DNA of 63,314 bases, filler included, from Octopus bimaculoides (lineage: Eukaryota): the NCBI RefSeq assembly GCF_001194135.2. It is 6 parts of 6 records of this genome, joined end to end, with 100 filler letters (N's around TTAATTAATTAA, not from the genome) between each part and the next. Parts side by side here need not be neighbours in the genome. Positions count along the whole stretch, not along the records: positions 51,783 to 61,279 come from NC_068984.1; positions 61,380 to 63,314 come from NW_026337910.1; 4 more parts are not named here. One strand, 5' to 3'. The position numbers and the translations under genes were made by a program. This document shows, piece by piece, positions 52,360 through 63,314 of this stretch (position 1 is its first letter; every line of letters begins with the position of its first letter). The notes under the pieces were generated by a model. It worked only from the letters and a program-made list of their open reading frames with translations, was not told where the DNA came from and ran no database searches.

Positions 52360-53329
52360 CAGACANNNNNNNNNNNNNNNNNNNNNNNNNNNNNNNNNNN
52401 NNNNNNNNNNNNNNNNNNNNNNNNNNNNNNNNNNNNNNNNNNNNNNNNNNNNNNNNNNNNNNNNNNNNNNNNNNNNNNNNNNNNNNNNNNNNNNNNNNNN
52501 NNNNNNNNNNNNNNNNNNNNNNNNNNNNNNNNNNNNNNNNNNNNNNNNNNNNNNNNNNNNNNNNNNNNNNNNNNNNNNNNNNNNNNNNNNNNNNNNNNNN
52601 NNNNNNNNNCGTATAAACAGTATTCCATTGTAGAAATCAAATTTAAGCATAAGGCTAATAAGGAAATGGAATAAACGAACAAGAAGCTCTCTGTTAAAGA
52701 TTCAATCTTTGTTCTTTTTTGTTTGTTTTGAATACTTTTCTTTTTTTTTCATGATTAAATCTATTGATCTTTCACTAAAACATCTCTCTTGGCTGTCAAA
52801 CCTCTTGAGTGATGTGTTCCAGTTTTCTAACCTATAGCTTCGTCTTTCACCCATCTTTTCGCTTATATTTACCGAAATCAAGCGAGTCATAAAATACAAA
52901 CAGAACAGATGGGCTGAAAATAAAAATGAACAAAAAAAAACAACAACCCCCAAAAAACAAACAAACAAAAAAACCCCCAAACAAACGATATAAAAGGAAT
53001 TATTAAACATATATATACAAGAAACGAAGAAAAATAAAAGAGAACACTGCATAATAAATCAAACAAATTAAACAGAAAAATGCTTAAAAGAAACAAAACA
53101 AATGGAATCATTTCAATTGTAATATGCTTAGTTCAGTTGAAATGAAGTCGTTGTTGTTGTTGTTGTTAATGTTGATGTGGATCTTAATGAAATTGACTGA
53201 GATCTGCTCATTTCATTTATTAGTGTATTAATTAAGAAAGTGCTAGCGATAAAGTAATGGAGCGAGTCTTGTGAGCCGAACCGGTCAACCATCCAAATCG
53301 CCAATCTCACCCATTCACCTGTTCACCGA

Positions 53330-53770
53330 TTTAATATTGCATCCATCCATCCATCCATCCATCCATCCATCCATCCATCCGCCCTTCCTCTGGTCGCCCG
53401 TCCGTCCGTCCGTCCATCTATCCAACCATCAATCCATCCGTCCATCCCTTCGTTCGTCGATCGATCGATCGATCCATCTATCCATCCGTCATTCCCCTTC
53501 CACCCGTCCATCCACCCATCCCTAATTTCCACGCTCTCTCCTCCCTCTTCATGCTTCCTTTTCTCCTGCTTCTATCTCCCATCCCTCCCTCCCTCGCTCG
53601 CTCGCTCGCTCCGTCCGTCCGTCCGTCCGTCCGTCCGTCCGTCCGTCCGTCCATCCATCCATCCCTCATTTCCGCCTTTTCTCCTCCCTTTCATGCTTCC
53701 TTTTTCCCTGCTTCNNNNNNNNNNNNNNNNNNNNNNNTCCGTCCGTCCGTCCGTCCATCCATCCATCCAA
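53330..53770 (+). repeat. Mosaic tetranucleotide array (CCAT, CCGT, TCGA, CTCG) with an internal 45-bp duplication
   Basis: Seen directly; TTCTCCTCCCT..TTCATGCTTCCTTTT occurs near 53535 and 53678. Confidence 0.85.
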
Positions 53771-54138
53771 CCATCGATCTATCTACACATTCATCCCGTT
53801 ATTTAACCCTAACCCTCAACTACCCAACGACTGATCTTTTAGTAGAAGCAGCTATATCTCCTTCGAATCACATCCTGCTTTCTGGGTAATGTAAAATATA
53901 TTATTCCTGGAAAAGAGAGAAAGGCGAGATGGTCATACCTGAGATGCTCTTGATCATAAATCGTCTACTCAATGAGGCCAAAATTGGTGTTAAACAAGAA
54001 CAGCAGCAGCAGAAGTAATAACTATAACAACCACACAGCTAACGATCCGAAAGACGCAGTCTTCGGCAACATAATATTTTAGACGGGTAGAAAAGAATGA
54101 GATGTGAAGCCAACATTGGTAGCGTCGATTTATTTAAC

Positions 54139-54177
<39 letters not shown>

Positions 54178-54194
54178 TATCATCATCATCGTCG

Positions 54195-54239
<45 letters not shown>

Positions 54240-55689
54240 CACACAGAGAAAACAAGTGTTTGGACCTAATTAAAGATGGCAGCCAGTGACGAGGAAAGAC
54301 GTTAACGCATAAAGCATGGCGTCCTCAAGGAATAGCATTAATGTAGACAGCAATCTGTTTGATTTGTTGCAAGAGAAGAAAATTGGACAAGATAAGAGGA
54401 GAACAAGAAAACGGTAAGAACAAAGAAAAGGAAAAAAAAAAGAGAAGAAAAAGAGTGAAAAAAAAAGAAGAAAAAAACGGAAAGTTCCTCCTTTATTCTG
54501 TTTTTCATTTGTTTTTGTTGTTTAGAAGAAATTCTTGTTGAACATGGACAAAATAAATAATAGGAGAATAAGACAGTATATAGTGAGAAGATAAGAGTAA
54601 AATCGTAAAAGAAGAGTGTAAAAAAATGTAAAAATAAAGGCGAAAATATAAATAAAATACAAACAAATAAATAACAGTACAAAGTGAGAAGAAAAAGGGA
54701 AATTAAGAGAAAAACAATGTAAGAATAAGGTTTTAAAAAGAATGTGTGATGTGAAAAAGCGGAGGTGGGTAATATGACAAACAAGAAGTAAGATAAAATA
54801 ATTGGAAATGTTTTCCCCCTCCGGCACGAAAAAAACAAAGAAAATTACTGAAAATTAGGAACCAAAGAAAAATGGTAGAATTTATGAAAAAAATGGAGAA
54901 GAAAAGAAAATGGAATAAGATTAAATAGGAGAGGTAAACTGTGAAACATGCTACGGTAAATAGAAGTAAATAGATATGTGTGTGATTGCTCAGTAAACTA
55001 TTGAAGGTTGTTGTTGGGTCCTAGTTGTGAGTGTGCGTATGTGTGTGTGAGTGTGCGTGTGTGCTGTGTCTGTGTGCCGTGTGTTAGTGTGTGTGTGCGT
55101 ATGTGCGTGTGTGTAAATAGATTTCGTCGGAGCTAGAGACGGTTGAGCAACGCATTGCACTTGCTTTAATCCTAGGCCAACCCTTAATGAGTGTGTTCAT
55201 GAACAGCGTTCCAACCGTGATCAACACGAATTTTTTTTTCATTCAAAATGTATGTTCCTTTATTTTTTATAAATTCAGTAAGGTGTGATTTGAGGTAGAT
55301 TTGGTTGCTATTGTTAGTTGTCCGACCGAGCATCAGGATATTTCCTTATTGATTTGCAGGAAGTATATAAGGAAAAGCGTTCCAAGACTATTGGATAGAA
55401 TTGATTTCTCTAAAAAAGGAACTTAAGATATACGATACACGATAAGGTTATTGCCACATGTTAAAGCTATTGCTACATGTTAAAGCTATTGCTACATGAC
55501 GCGAATATATCTTCTTTTAGCTATAATGTGTATGTATGTATGTATGTATATATACATATATATATATCGGATTTTTTAAATATGCTAGACCACTGGTTTT
55601 AATTGATTAATATCAATTTCTACCCTCATTAATAAATTATATGTATATATATATGTATATATTATTTATATCATTATATGATTGAACAC

Positions 55690-56215
55690 CATGCATCCTC
55701 TTCCAAGTAAGTTTTATCTTAATAATTCTGATGCGCACTCTGTACGATCTTTTTACTCTTTCGTTTTTCTCTATTATTCTTTTACCTCCTCTTCTCCCAA
55801 TATTCTATCCTATTATTCTGTCCCTCTCTCTCTTCTTCGCTCCTCCCTTGCTCACGCGGTTCCCACGTGGTTCCCATGTGACCATCGGCCATTTTTCTTT
55901 CTTCTAACTTGGGTTTCTTTCTTTCTCTCCATTGTAGCTTGAAAAAGGAAGACGTGTTCTTGTCTGTCTCTTATTCAAGCTTGATTTACGCGTTCGCCAC
56001 CACAAAGTCGTTTAGGCTTAGCAGCCCTTGTTTGCTTTCACTGTCCTGTTTGTGCTACCATTTTTGACCCTCCGCATAATCCCAAATTTTATTTAATTTG
56101 CTTTGCGGGAGCAACAGCTTTATCGAAAGCGTATATTGTTGTTAAATGCTCGAAATACGAGAGTAGAAAAACAGCGAACATCTGATGAAGGGTCGTTCTT
56201 TATATTGTTTGTTTT
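55690..56215 (+). mobile_element. PLE-associated non-coding repeat, diverged homologue of 28290-28680
   Basis: Shared blocks listed for the first copy; 3' end abuts a SINE A fragment. Confidence 0.65.
56130..56197 (+). ncRNA. Candidate non-circularly permuted hammerhead ribozyme, copy 2
   Basis: CGUA-UA|UUGUUGUU|AAAUGCUC|GAAA-UACG|linker|ACAGCGAACAU|CUGAUGA|A-GGGUCGUU; stem III 5 bp; stems I and II imperfect. Confidence 0.5.
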
Positions 56216-56354
56216 GCTTCCCATTTGTGGGAATCCGGAACCCTATGGTTTGGAAGCCTCTTACCACACAGAGACAGAATAGACCGAAATATAATATTAC
56301 TTATCTCTGTTATTGCACCGAGTACACCTGTTCCGACAGCCCACAGTAAAACGA

Positions 56355-56390
<36 letters not shown>

Positions 56391-56391
56391 G

Positions 56392-56464
<73 letters not shown>

Positions 56465-56466
56465 TT

Positions 56467-56880
56467 AGGCGCATGAGTTGTTGTGCGATAAGTAGCTTGC
56501 CTACCAACCACATTGTTCCGGGTTCAGGCCCACAGCGTGACACCTTGTGCAAGTGTCTTCTACTATTGCCTCGGGTCAACCAAAGCCTTGTGAGTGGATT
56601 TTGTAGATGGAAACTGAAACAAGCCTGTCGTGTATATATATAAATATATATATGTGTATATGTGTCTGTGTTTGTCCTACCACCAAAGCTTGAAACCGAT
56701 GTTGGTGTGTTTACGTCCCCGTAACTTAGTGCTTCGGCAAAAGAAACCGATAGAATAAGTGCTATGCTTACAACGAATAAGTCATAGGGGTCTATTTGTT
56801 CGACTAAAGGCGGTGCTCCAGCATCGTCGCAGTCAAATGATTGAAACAAATAAAAGAATAAAAGAATGAAAGAACAAAAG
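56467..56880 (+). mobile_element. SINE family A, full copy
   Basis: Head, internal (TA/TG)n and tail present; CpGs of the tail motif intact. Confidence 0.9.
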
Positions 56881-57472
56881 AATATATATATATATTAAAT
56901 AGTTCTTGCCATTTGTGTCTTACCCTGTTGTTCAGATACAGAATATAATCTCCATGAACCTCAAAGTAATGCGGACATCTAAACTAACAAAACACCGTGC
57001 TTAATACTTTCCAGTTTAATATTTCGTTGATATCCCTCCATAATTCCAATCTTAACAAGATTGTATTTTTTTTTACCCATTTACAGCGGATAAAAGAAAG
57101 TACCCGGGTTAGTCTGTGTTGCTTTTATGCGACAATACTTATTACTCTGTGTAATTATTTGCCCTGTGCTCGCCGATTAAAGAACAAAATCTATATTACT
57201 GTCAGCTCTATGCGGACCAGTTTTGTGTCGTTATGCTGCATATTGTAAATGTCATCAAAGCCGAATCATTTTTATGTATTCATCAATATTTTGTTGTGTG
57301 AAGTGAGACACGGATGAAAGTGTGTGAAGTTATGACATAAAGCCATCCGGGCAATTAACTAACTCGCACATATCGACAATCAGTGCTCAGCCAAGTCGCA
57401 CGCTAAGTCGCTCGTACCCGATGCCACACACACTCACACAAACACAAATACGCGCGCATGTATGCCAATGAT

Positions 57473-57547
<75 letters not shown>

Positions 57548-57832
57548 ACACATTTACACATATATTTATATACATTTATAGATACACACATCCAACCCCT
57601 CATATATAGGGTTTGTGTGTGTGGGGATGTTTGTGGTGTGTGTTGGTATACAGTAGATATGCATACAGAGATGAAATTAGTACAAGCTTAGTTCAGCTAA
57701 ACGAGATACGAGAGTGCACAACAACCTAACAGGTAACCAGTGCTATGATTTTATGTCCATGTGAAGTAAATAAACAGGACGAACAGACCTCAAACATGCC
57801 ACAAGTTTACTGGCAGCAATAACAATAACAAC

Positions 57833-57886
<54 letters not shown>

Positions 57887-58217
57887 CATAATATTTCAAA
57901 ATACAAAGACCTGGAAATAGAGGTAACTCGAATGTGGAATCTAAAAACAGAAACAATTCCTATCATAGTAGGTGCCTTAGGTATAAAAAAAAAGAAAAAA
58001 AAATATTCAGACAAATACATAACAAAAACACCAGGACTTGCAAATATATATAACATACAGAAAATTGCACTGCTGGGCACTGCACACATCCTACACAAAA
58101 CACTTTCAATACAGTAACCATAAGAGCACCACAGCAAACCACAGCACATACCCAAGGCACACAGAGCTGCGCTCGGTAGTGAAGTGAAATCACGTTATAA
58201 AAATAAAACTACTGAAC
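57887..58217 (+). mobile_element. 5'-truncated R4/Dong-like LINE 3' end embedded in (TAA)n
   Basis: KYKDLEIEVTRMWNLKTETIPIIVGALG..IQKIALLGTAHILHKTLSIQ* plus 3' UTR; (TAA)n at 57832-57886 and 58218-58238. Confidence 0.85.
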
Positions 58218-58389
58218 AATAATAATAATAATAATAATGGAAGGAACCGGGTGGCGCCTCCTTACGGGCTCATAATAATACATCTAGTGATGGTGTCACA
58301 ATAAAAACACTGGTAACTGTGCAACCTGATAATCGCTACCTCATATGAGTGACAATGAAAAAACAAAATATTGTGAATAACGGTGGGAA

Positions 58390-59215
58390 TGAAACTGAAG
58401 CCAATGATGGTGACATTTATTTCTTTATAGAATCTCTTCTGATCTACACCGAATAACCTAGTCTGGTAGCAGCCCATTATTCTTTGGTCGTATCTTACCA
58501 TCTTTGCTTTCTTTGCAACGAGGCGCTGTTTCAGTTCCTCCACTACCACTTTCAAGCCCTTTCTTTCAATATCATACTTCCTGTTCAGTGCCCTGTATTT
58601 TTCTTCGCTTTTAAGCTCCCCTTTCTCTTTTCGGTCTAACACAGAGATTTACTTCGAGAGCATATCTAACCCTGCCTGTATTCCTCTTTTCCACCATGGG
58701 TCTTTTCTTTTGTCACTCCCATTATGTTTCTTTTTCTTGACATCAACACCCACGTTTTCTGTACAACAATGCTCGCAGCCTTGATCAAAATTATTTGTTT
58801 CTGTGATGTTTGTTCTGATGCATTTCAGAATTTCATTGACATTTTTCGTTTCTTCGTTCAATTTCCATCGATCAACCTTTTCAAGATTGCAAATAATGTC
58901 GATATCGTTCTCCTGTAGTCTTACGTTTATTCTGTCGTAGATTGCCGTTTGTTCATCTCTCATATTCACCGTTAGTTTTATCATCTTCTTTTAGATCATC
59001 TATATGTCTCTCATCAAGTAAACTACCACTGCTCCTTTCTTGTGCTATGAGATTACTCTTATTAATAAGAACTGTATTTTCATTGTTATCTCTGCTGCTG
59101 TTTTCCATGACCCGTCTTTTGATAGCTTCGAGCTCTACTTCTGTGAACCAACAATTTTTTATTATTGCTCTAGCTTGATCACATAGTCTCTGTTCCGTGA
59201 GTTGTATGTGTGCGA
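58390..59215 (-). mobile_element. R4/Dong-like LINE ORF N-terminal fragment
   Basis: QLTEQRLCDQARAIIKNCWFTEVELEAIKRR..ITETNNLIKAASIVV..DPWWKR..LKVVVEELKQRLVAKKAKMVRYDQR..QTRLFGVDQKRFYKEIN; shifts and stops. Confidence 0.8.
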
Positions 59216-59219
59216 GAAA

Positions 59220-59277
<58 letters not shown>

Positions 59278-59532
59278 ATGGAAGAGAAGGAGAGAGTACA
59301 TTCACAACAGTATAGCTAAGATGTTATACAAAAGATATAAAATCAAAATGGTAGCAAAAGAAAGCGCAAAATTCATTAGACACGTTGCATGTGGGCACTA
59401 GAATGAATAAAAATTCAGTAAACCTTAAACTAATGAACTAATGAGTTTCGAGGTTTGGATTGTGACTGCAGTTTCTAGCATGTAAGTAGTCCTATCGATA
59501 GTCTTCTCNNNNNNNNNNTATACATATACATA

Positions 59533-60831
59533 CAGAGGGTGAGATGGGTAAATTGTCGCCCTTTTATATTTTTTATTTCGCGCCTGTGCATGGTTTGTGT
59601 TTGATTTTATCGATTACACAGTATAGTAGGGGCAGTAAGGTACCGTCTGTGAGAAAACAGTACCATGACGAAATTCACTCTGACAGAAATTTGGAAACGA
59701 CATGCTGTACGTCTTGGCAATCACGCTGCTGGAAGCTCCAATACGAACTCTACAGTGTGTCTGGGTGTCAATCAGAGGACAGTGCAGAGGATTTGGAAAG
59801 AGTTGGTTGAGCCTGATGGTGATTACGAAGGTACGGCAGCTCAGAAAACTCACTCTAATAATTCTAAGAAAAGAACTTCATAATTTGTTGGTGAGATCCA
59901 GGACATGATTGACAGCGATTCCTCCAAGTCAATCAGGTCTATCACCAGGGACAAGGGAGTGTCTGAGTTTCTTATCAGGCAGGTAGTGCATAAAGACATT
60001 CGGTTTTCCTCATACAAGAGGAGAAAGGGTCAATTATTATCACAAGCCATCAAAGACAAGAAGAAAGACTACGTTATGAAACTTTTGAACAAAGTCAAGC
60101 ATCTCCTCCAACCGAACAAGCTTTGGTTTTTCTCGGACGAGAAAAATTTCTGCCAGGATCAGATGGTGAACACACAAAAGAATCGTTGGCTTGCCGTCTC
60201 ACCCCAAAATGTAGTGAGAGTGATAAAAATCAAACATCCATCCAACATCACGGTGTTTGGAGTGATCACTAGTGATGGCGACGTCATGCCTTGGTTTATC
60301 TTCTAACACGATCTCAGACTCAACACGGAGGCCTACATCAAGTACCTGGAGGAAGTAGTGCTGCCCTGGGTCAAGAGGGTGGCTGCTGGAAGACTCTGTG
60401 TCTGGCAAAAGAACTCTGCACTATGACACACAAGCAGGAGAACCAGTCATGGCTGTCAGAGAATTTCTCCGACCACCCCACCCCTAACATCTGGCCACCT
60501 AACTCTCCAAATTGCAAGCATCTTGATTATTATGTGTGGGGCGCAGTTTAGCGTGAGACCAACAAAGCTCCTTGTAACAACAAACATGAACTGAAGGCAA
60601 GTATTGTGGCAGCATTCACCAACTTAAACAAGGAGACCGTCCATAAGAGCTGCAGGGGATTCCGAAGTCGTCTGGAGGCTGTGTTTGAAGTCAATGGCAA
60701 TTTTATTTAATGAATTTACTCTTTAGGATTTCAAGATATTTTTATGTAATTTTGGTAAATATATCTGTTAAAATGAGATATCATTGTTAAGTTTTCATTT
60801 TTGCGTAATTTATTCACTTCACCGCACCCTA
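59533..60831 (+). mobile_element. Near full-length defective maT/DD37D-like (Bmmar1-like) transposon
   Basis: TA|CAGAGGGTGAGATGGGTAAATTGTCGCC start, ...CACCGCACCCT(A)|TA end; transposase with HTH, WFFSDEKNF, VFGVITSDG, WPPNSPNCKHLDYYVWG; several stops. Confidence 0.9.
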
Positions 60832-60837
60832 TATATT

Positions 60838-61279
60838 CAGGGTGCGTAAGATATTTGAGGACAGATTTATGTTTATAAAAACACAGATATATAATAACAG
60901 ATAATAATTCTATTTATCAAAAGATGCTATGAGGATAAAAATAAACCTTTTCTATAATGTTATTCAATAAAGCCACCTTCAGCTTCACCAACTGCTTCTA
61001 TATGAGATCTAAATCATCTCCATGCTCGAATCAAGAGGTCCTGGTTCATTTTGGACATTACTCTGACTATGGCAGCTTTCATTGACCTCTCTCACAACAT
61101 CGCTCCACATGTAATAGTCCAATGGATTGAGATCTGGGGAATTAGGAGCCCAAATGTTAGGGATTATGTGATCATGAACATTTTCAGCCATCCATTCCTG
61201 TGTTACTAGAGCCATATTTGATAGTGTAGAGTCTTACTGAAATACATATGGCCTTCCATTGCATACACTTTCTATCCAA
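60838..61279 (-). mobile_element. 3' end of a second, distinct maT-like element, tail-to-tail with the first
   Basis: EWMAENVHDHIIPNIWAPNSPDLNPLDYYMWS; terminal CAGGGTG at 60838; cut by spacer. Confidence 0.8.
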
Positions 61280-61379
61280 NNNNNNNNNNNNNNNNNNNNN
61301 NNNNNNNNNNNNNNNNNNNNNNNTTAATTAATTAANNNNNNNNNNNNNNNNNNNNNNNNNNNNNNNNNNNNNNNNNNNN

Positions 61380-63314
61380 GAAGGAAAGAACGAACGTAGG
61401 AAGGAAAGGACGAACGTAGGAAGTAAAGACCGAACGTAGGAACGAACGAACGAACGTACAAACGAACGAACGAATGTAGGAAGGAAAAAAACGAACGTAG
61501 GATTGAAAGAAAGAAAGTTCTTTCCTTCCTACGTTCGTTCGTTCGTTCCTGCGTTCGTTCGTTCATTCGTACGTTCGATCTTTCCATCCTACGTTCATTC
61601 TTTCCTTCCTACATTCTTTCGTTCCTTATTACGTTCGTTCGTTCGTTCCTACGTTCGTTCGTTCGTTCCTACGTTCGTTCTTTCCTTCCGACGTTCGTTC
61701 GTTCGTTCCTACGTTCGTTCGTTCGTTCCTACGTTCGTTCTTTCCTTCCGACGTTCGTTCTTTCATTCCTACGTTCGTTCTTTCCTTCCTATGTTCGTTC
61801 GTTCGTTCGTACGTTTGTTCTATACTTCCTAATTTCGTTCTTTCCTTCCTACATTTTTTCGTTTGTTCCTACGTTCGTTCGTTCGTTCCTACGTTCGTTC
61901 GTTCGTTCCTACTTTCGTTCTTTCCTTCCTACGTATGTTCTTTCCTTCCTACGTTCGTTCGTTCGTTCCTACGTTCGTTGTTTCCTTCCTACGTTCGTTC
62001 TTTCCCTCCTACGTTCGTTCTTTCCTTACTACGTTCGTTCTTTCCTTCCTACGTTCGTTCTTTCCTTCCTAAGTTCGTTCATTCCTACATTCGTTCTTTA
62101 CTTCCTACGTTCGTTCGTTCGTTCTTACGTTCGTTCTTTTCTTCCTACTTTCGTTCGTTCGTTCGTTCCAACGTTCGTTCTTTCCATCCTACCTCCGTTC
62201 GTTCGTTCGTACGTACGTTCGTTCGTTCCTACGTTCGTTCATTCCTTCCTACTTTCGTTGTTTCCTTCGAACGAACGAATGTAGGAAGGAAAGAACGAAC
62301 GTAGGAACGAACGAACGAACGTAGGAACGAATGTACGAACGTAGGAAGGAAAGAATGAACGTAGGAAGGAAAGAACGAACGTAGGAACGAAAGAACGAAC
62401 ACAGGAAGGAAAGGACGAACGTGGGAACGAACGAACAAACGTAGGAAGGTAAGAACGATCGTAGGAAAGAACGAACGAACGTAGGAAGGAAAGAACAAAC
62501 GTAGGAAGGAAAGAAAGGACGTAGGAAAGAAAGAACGAACGTAGGAACGAGCGAACGAACGTAAGAACCAACAAACGAAAGTAGGAAGGAAAGACCGAAC
62601 GTAGGAACGAACGAACGAACGTAGGAAGGAAGGAACGAACGTAGGAAGGGAAGGACGAACGTAGGAAGGAAAGAACAAACGTAGGAACAAACAAACGAAC
62701 GTACGAACGAACGAACGAACGTAGGAAACAAAGAAGGAACGAAGGAACGAACGAACGAACGTAGGCCCGAACGAACGAAAGTAGGAAGGAAAGAACGAAC
62801 GTAGGAAGGAAAGAACGAACGTCGGAAAGAAAGAACAAACGTAGGAACGAACGAAGGAACGAACGTAGGAACGAACGAACGAACGAACGTAGGAACGAAC
62901 GAACGAACGTAGGAAGGAAAGAACGAACGTAAGAAGGAAAAAACGAACGTAGGAAGGAAAGAACGAACGTAGGAAGGATAGAACGAACGTAGGAACAAAC
63001 GAACAAACGTAGGAAGGAAAGAACGAACGTAGGAAGGAACGAACGAACGGAGGAAGGAAAGAACGAACGTACGAAGGATAGAACGAACGTAGGAACGAAT
63101 GAACGAACGTAGGAAGGAAAGAACGAACGTAGGAACGAACGAAGGAAAGTAGGAACGAGCGAACGAACGTAGGAACGATCGAACGAACGAACGAACGTAG
63201 TAAGGAACGAACTAAAGTAGGAAGGAAAGAATGAACGTAGGAAGGAAAGATAGAACGTACGAATGAACGAACGAACGTAGGAACGAAAGAACGAACGTAG
63301 GAAGGAAAGAACGA
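61380..63314. repeat. 20-bp satellite GAAGGAAAGAACGAACGTAG with 12- and 16-bp variants and two orientation switches
   Basis: Purine-rich on plus at 61380-61517 and 62269-63314, pyrimidine-rich at 61518-62268; runs off the window end. Confidence 0.95.

Noticed and set aside
62229-63006. ORFs of 153-255 aa rich in RSFV/PSY repeats
   Set aside because: Translation of the 20-bp satellite, open in all three frames of the pyrimidine strand.
61380-63314. Regular repeats as a CRISPR array
   Set aside because: No unique spacers, no cas genes, animal context.

Overview
AT-rich, microsatellite-dense animal genomic DNA with many N gaps. The SINE families and repeat types point to an octopus, probably an Octopus bimaculoides-type draft scaffold (inference, not database-checked). 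Five identical 100-bp spacers (44 N + TTAATTAATTAA + 44 N) split the window into six separately assembled blocks, so continuity across them is not guaranteed. I cannot recognise any complete host gene. There are only scattered, splice-site-bounded candidate exons of unknown product (plus strand 4.6-8.2 kb; minus strand 12-14 kb, 31.6 kb and 38.3-39.4 kb). Most identifiable content is decayed mobile DNA: several tRNA-derived SINE families, RTE, HERO-like and R4/Dong-like LINEs, Penelope-like (PLE) fragments with a GIY-YIG domain, a full-length dead mariner, maT/DD37D-like elements, piggyBac, hAT and Tc1 MITEs, a Gypsy gag-protease remnant and a 20-bp satellite with internal inversions. The most interesting signal is a PLE-associated repeat present in two diverged copies (28395-28462 minus, 56130-56197 plus). 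Each holds all hammerhead ribozyme core elements and three pairable stems in a non-circularly permuted strand order, with compensatory changes in stem III between the copies. Also notable: CpG decay in SINE copies is strong left of about 24 kb and absent on the right, and several long inverted repeats could form dsRNA. All alignments and folds were done by eye.
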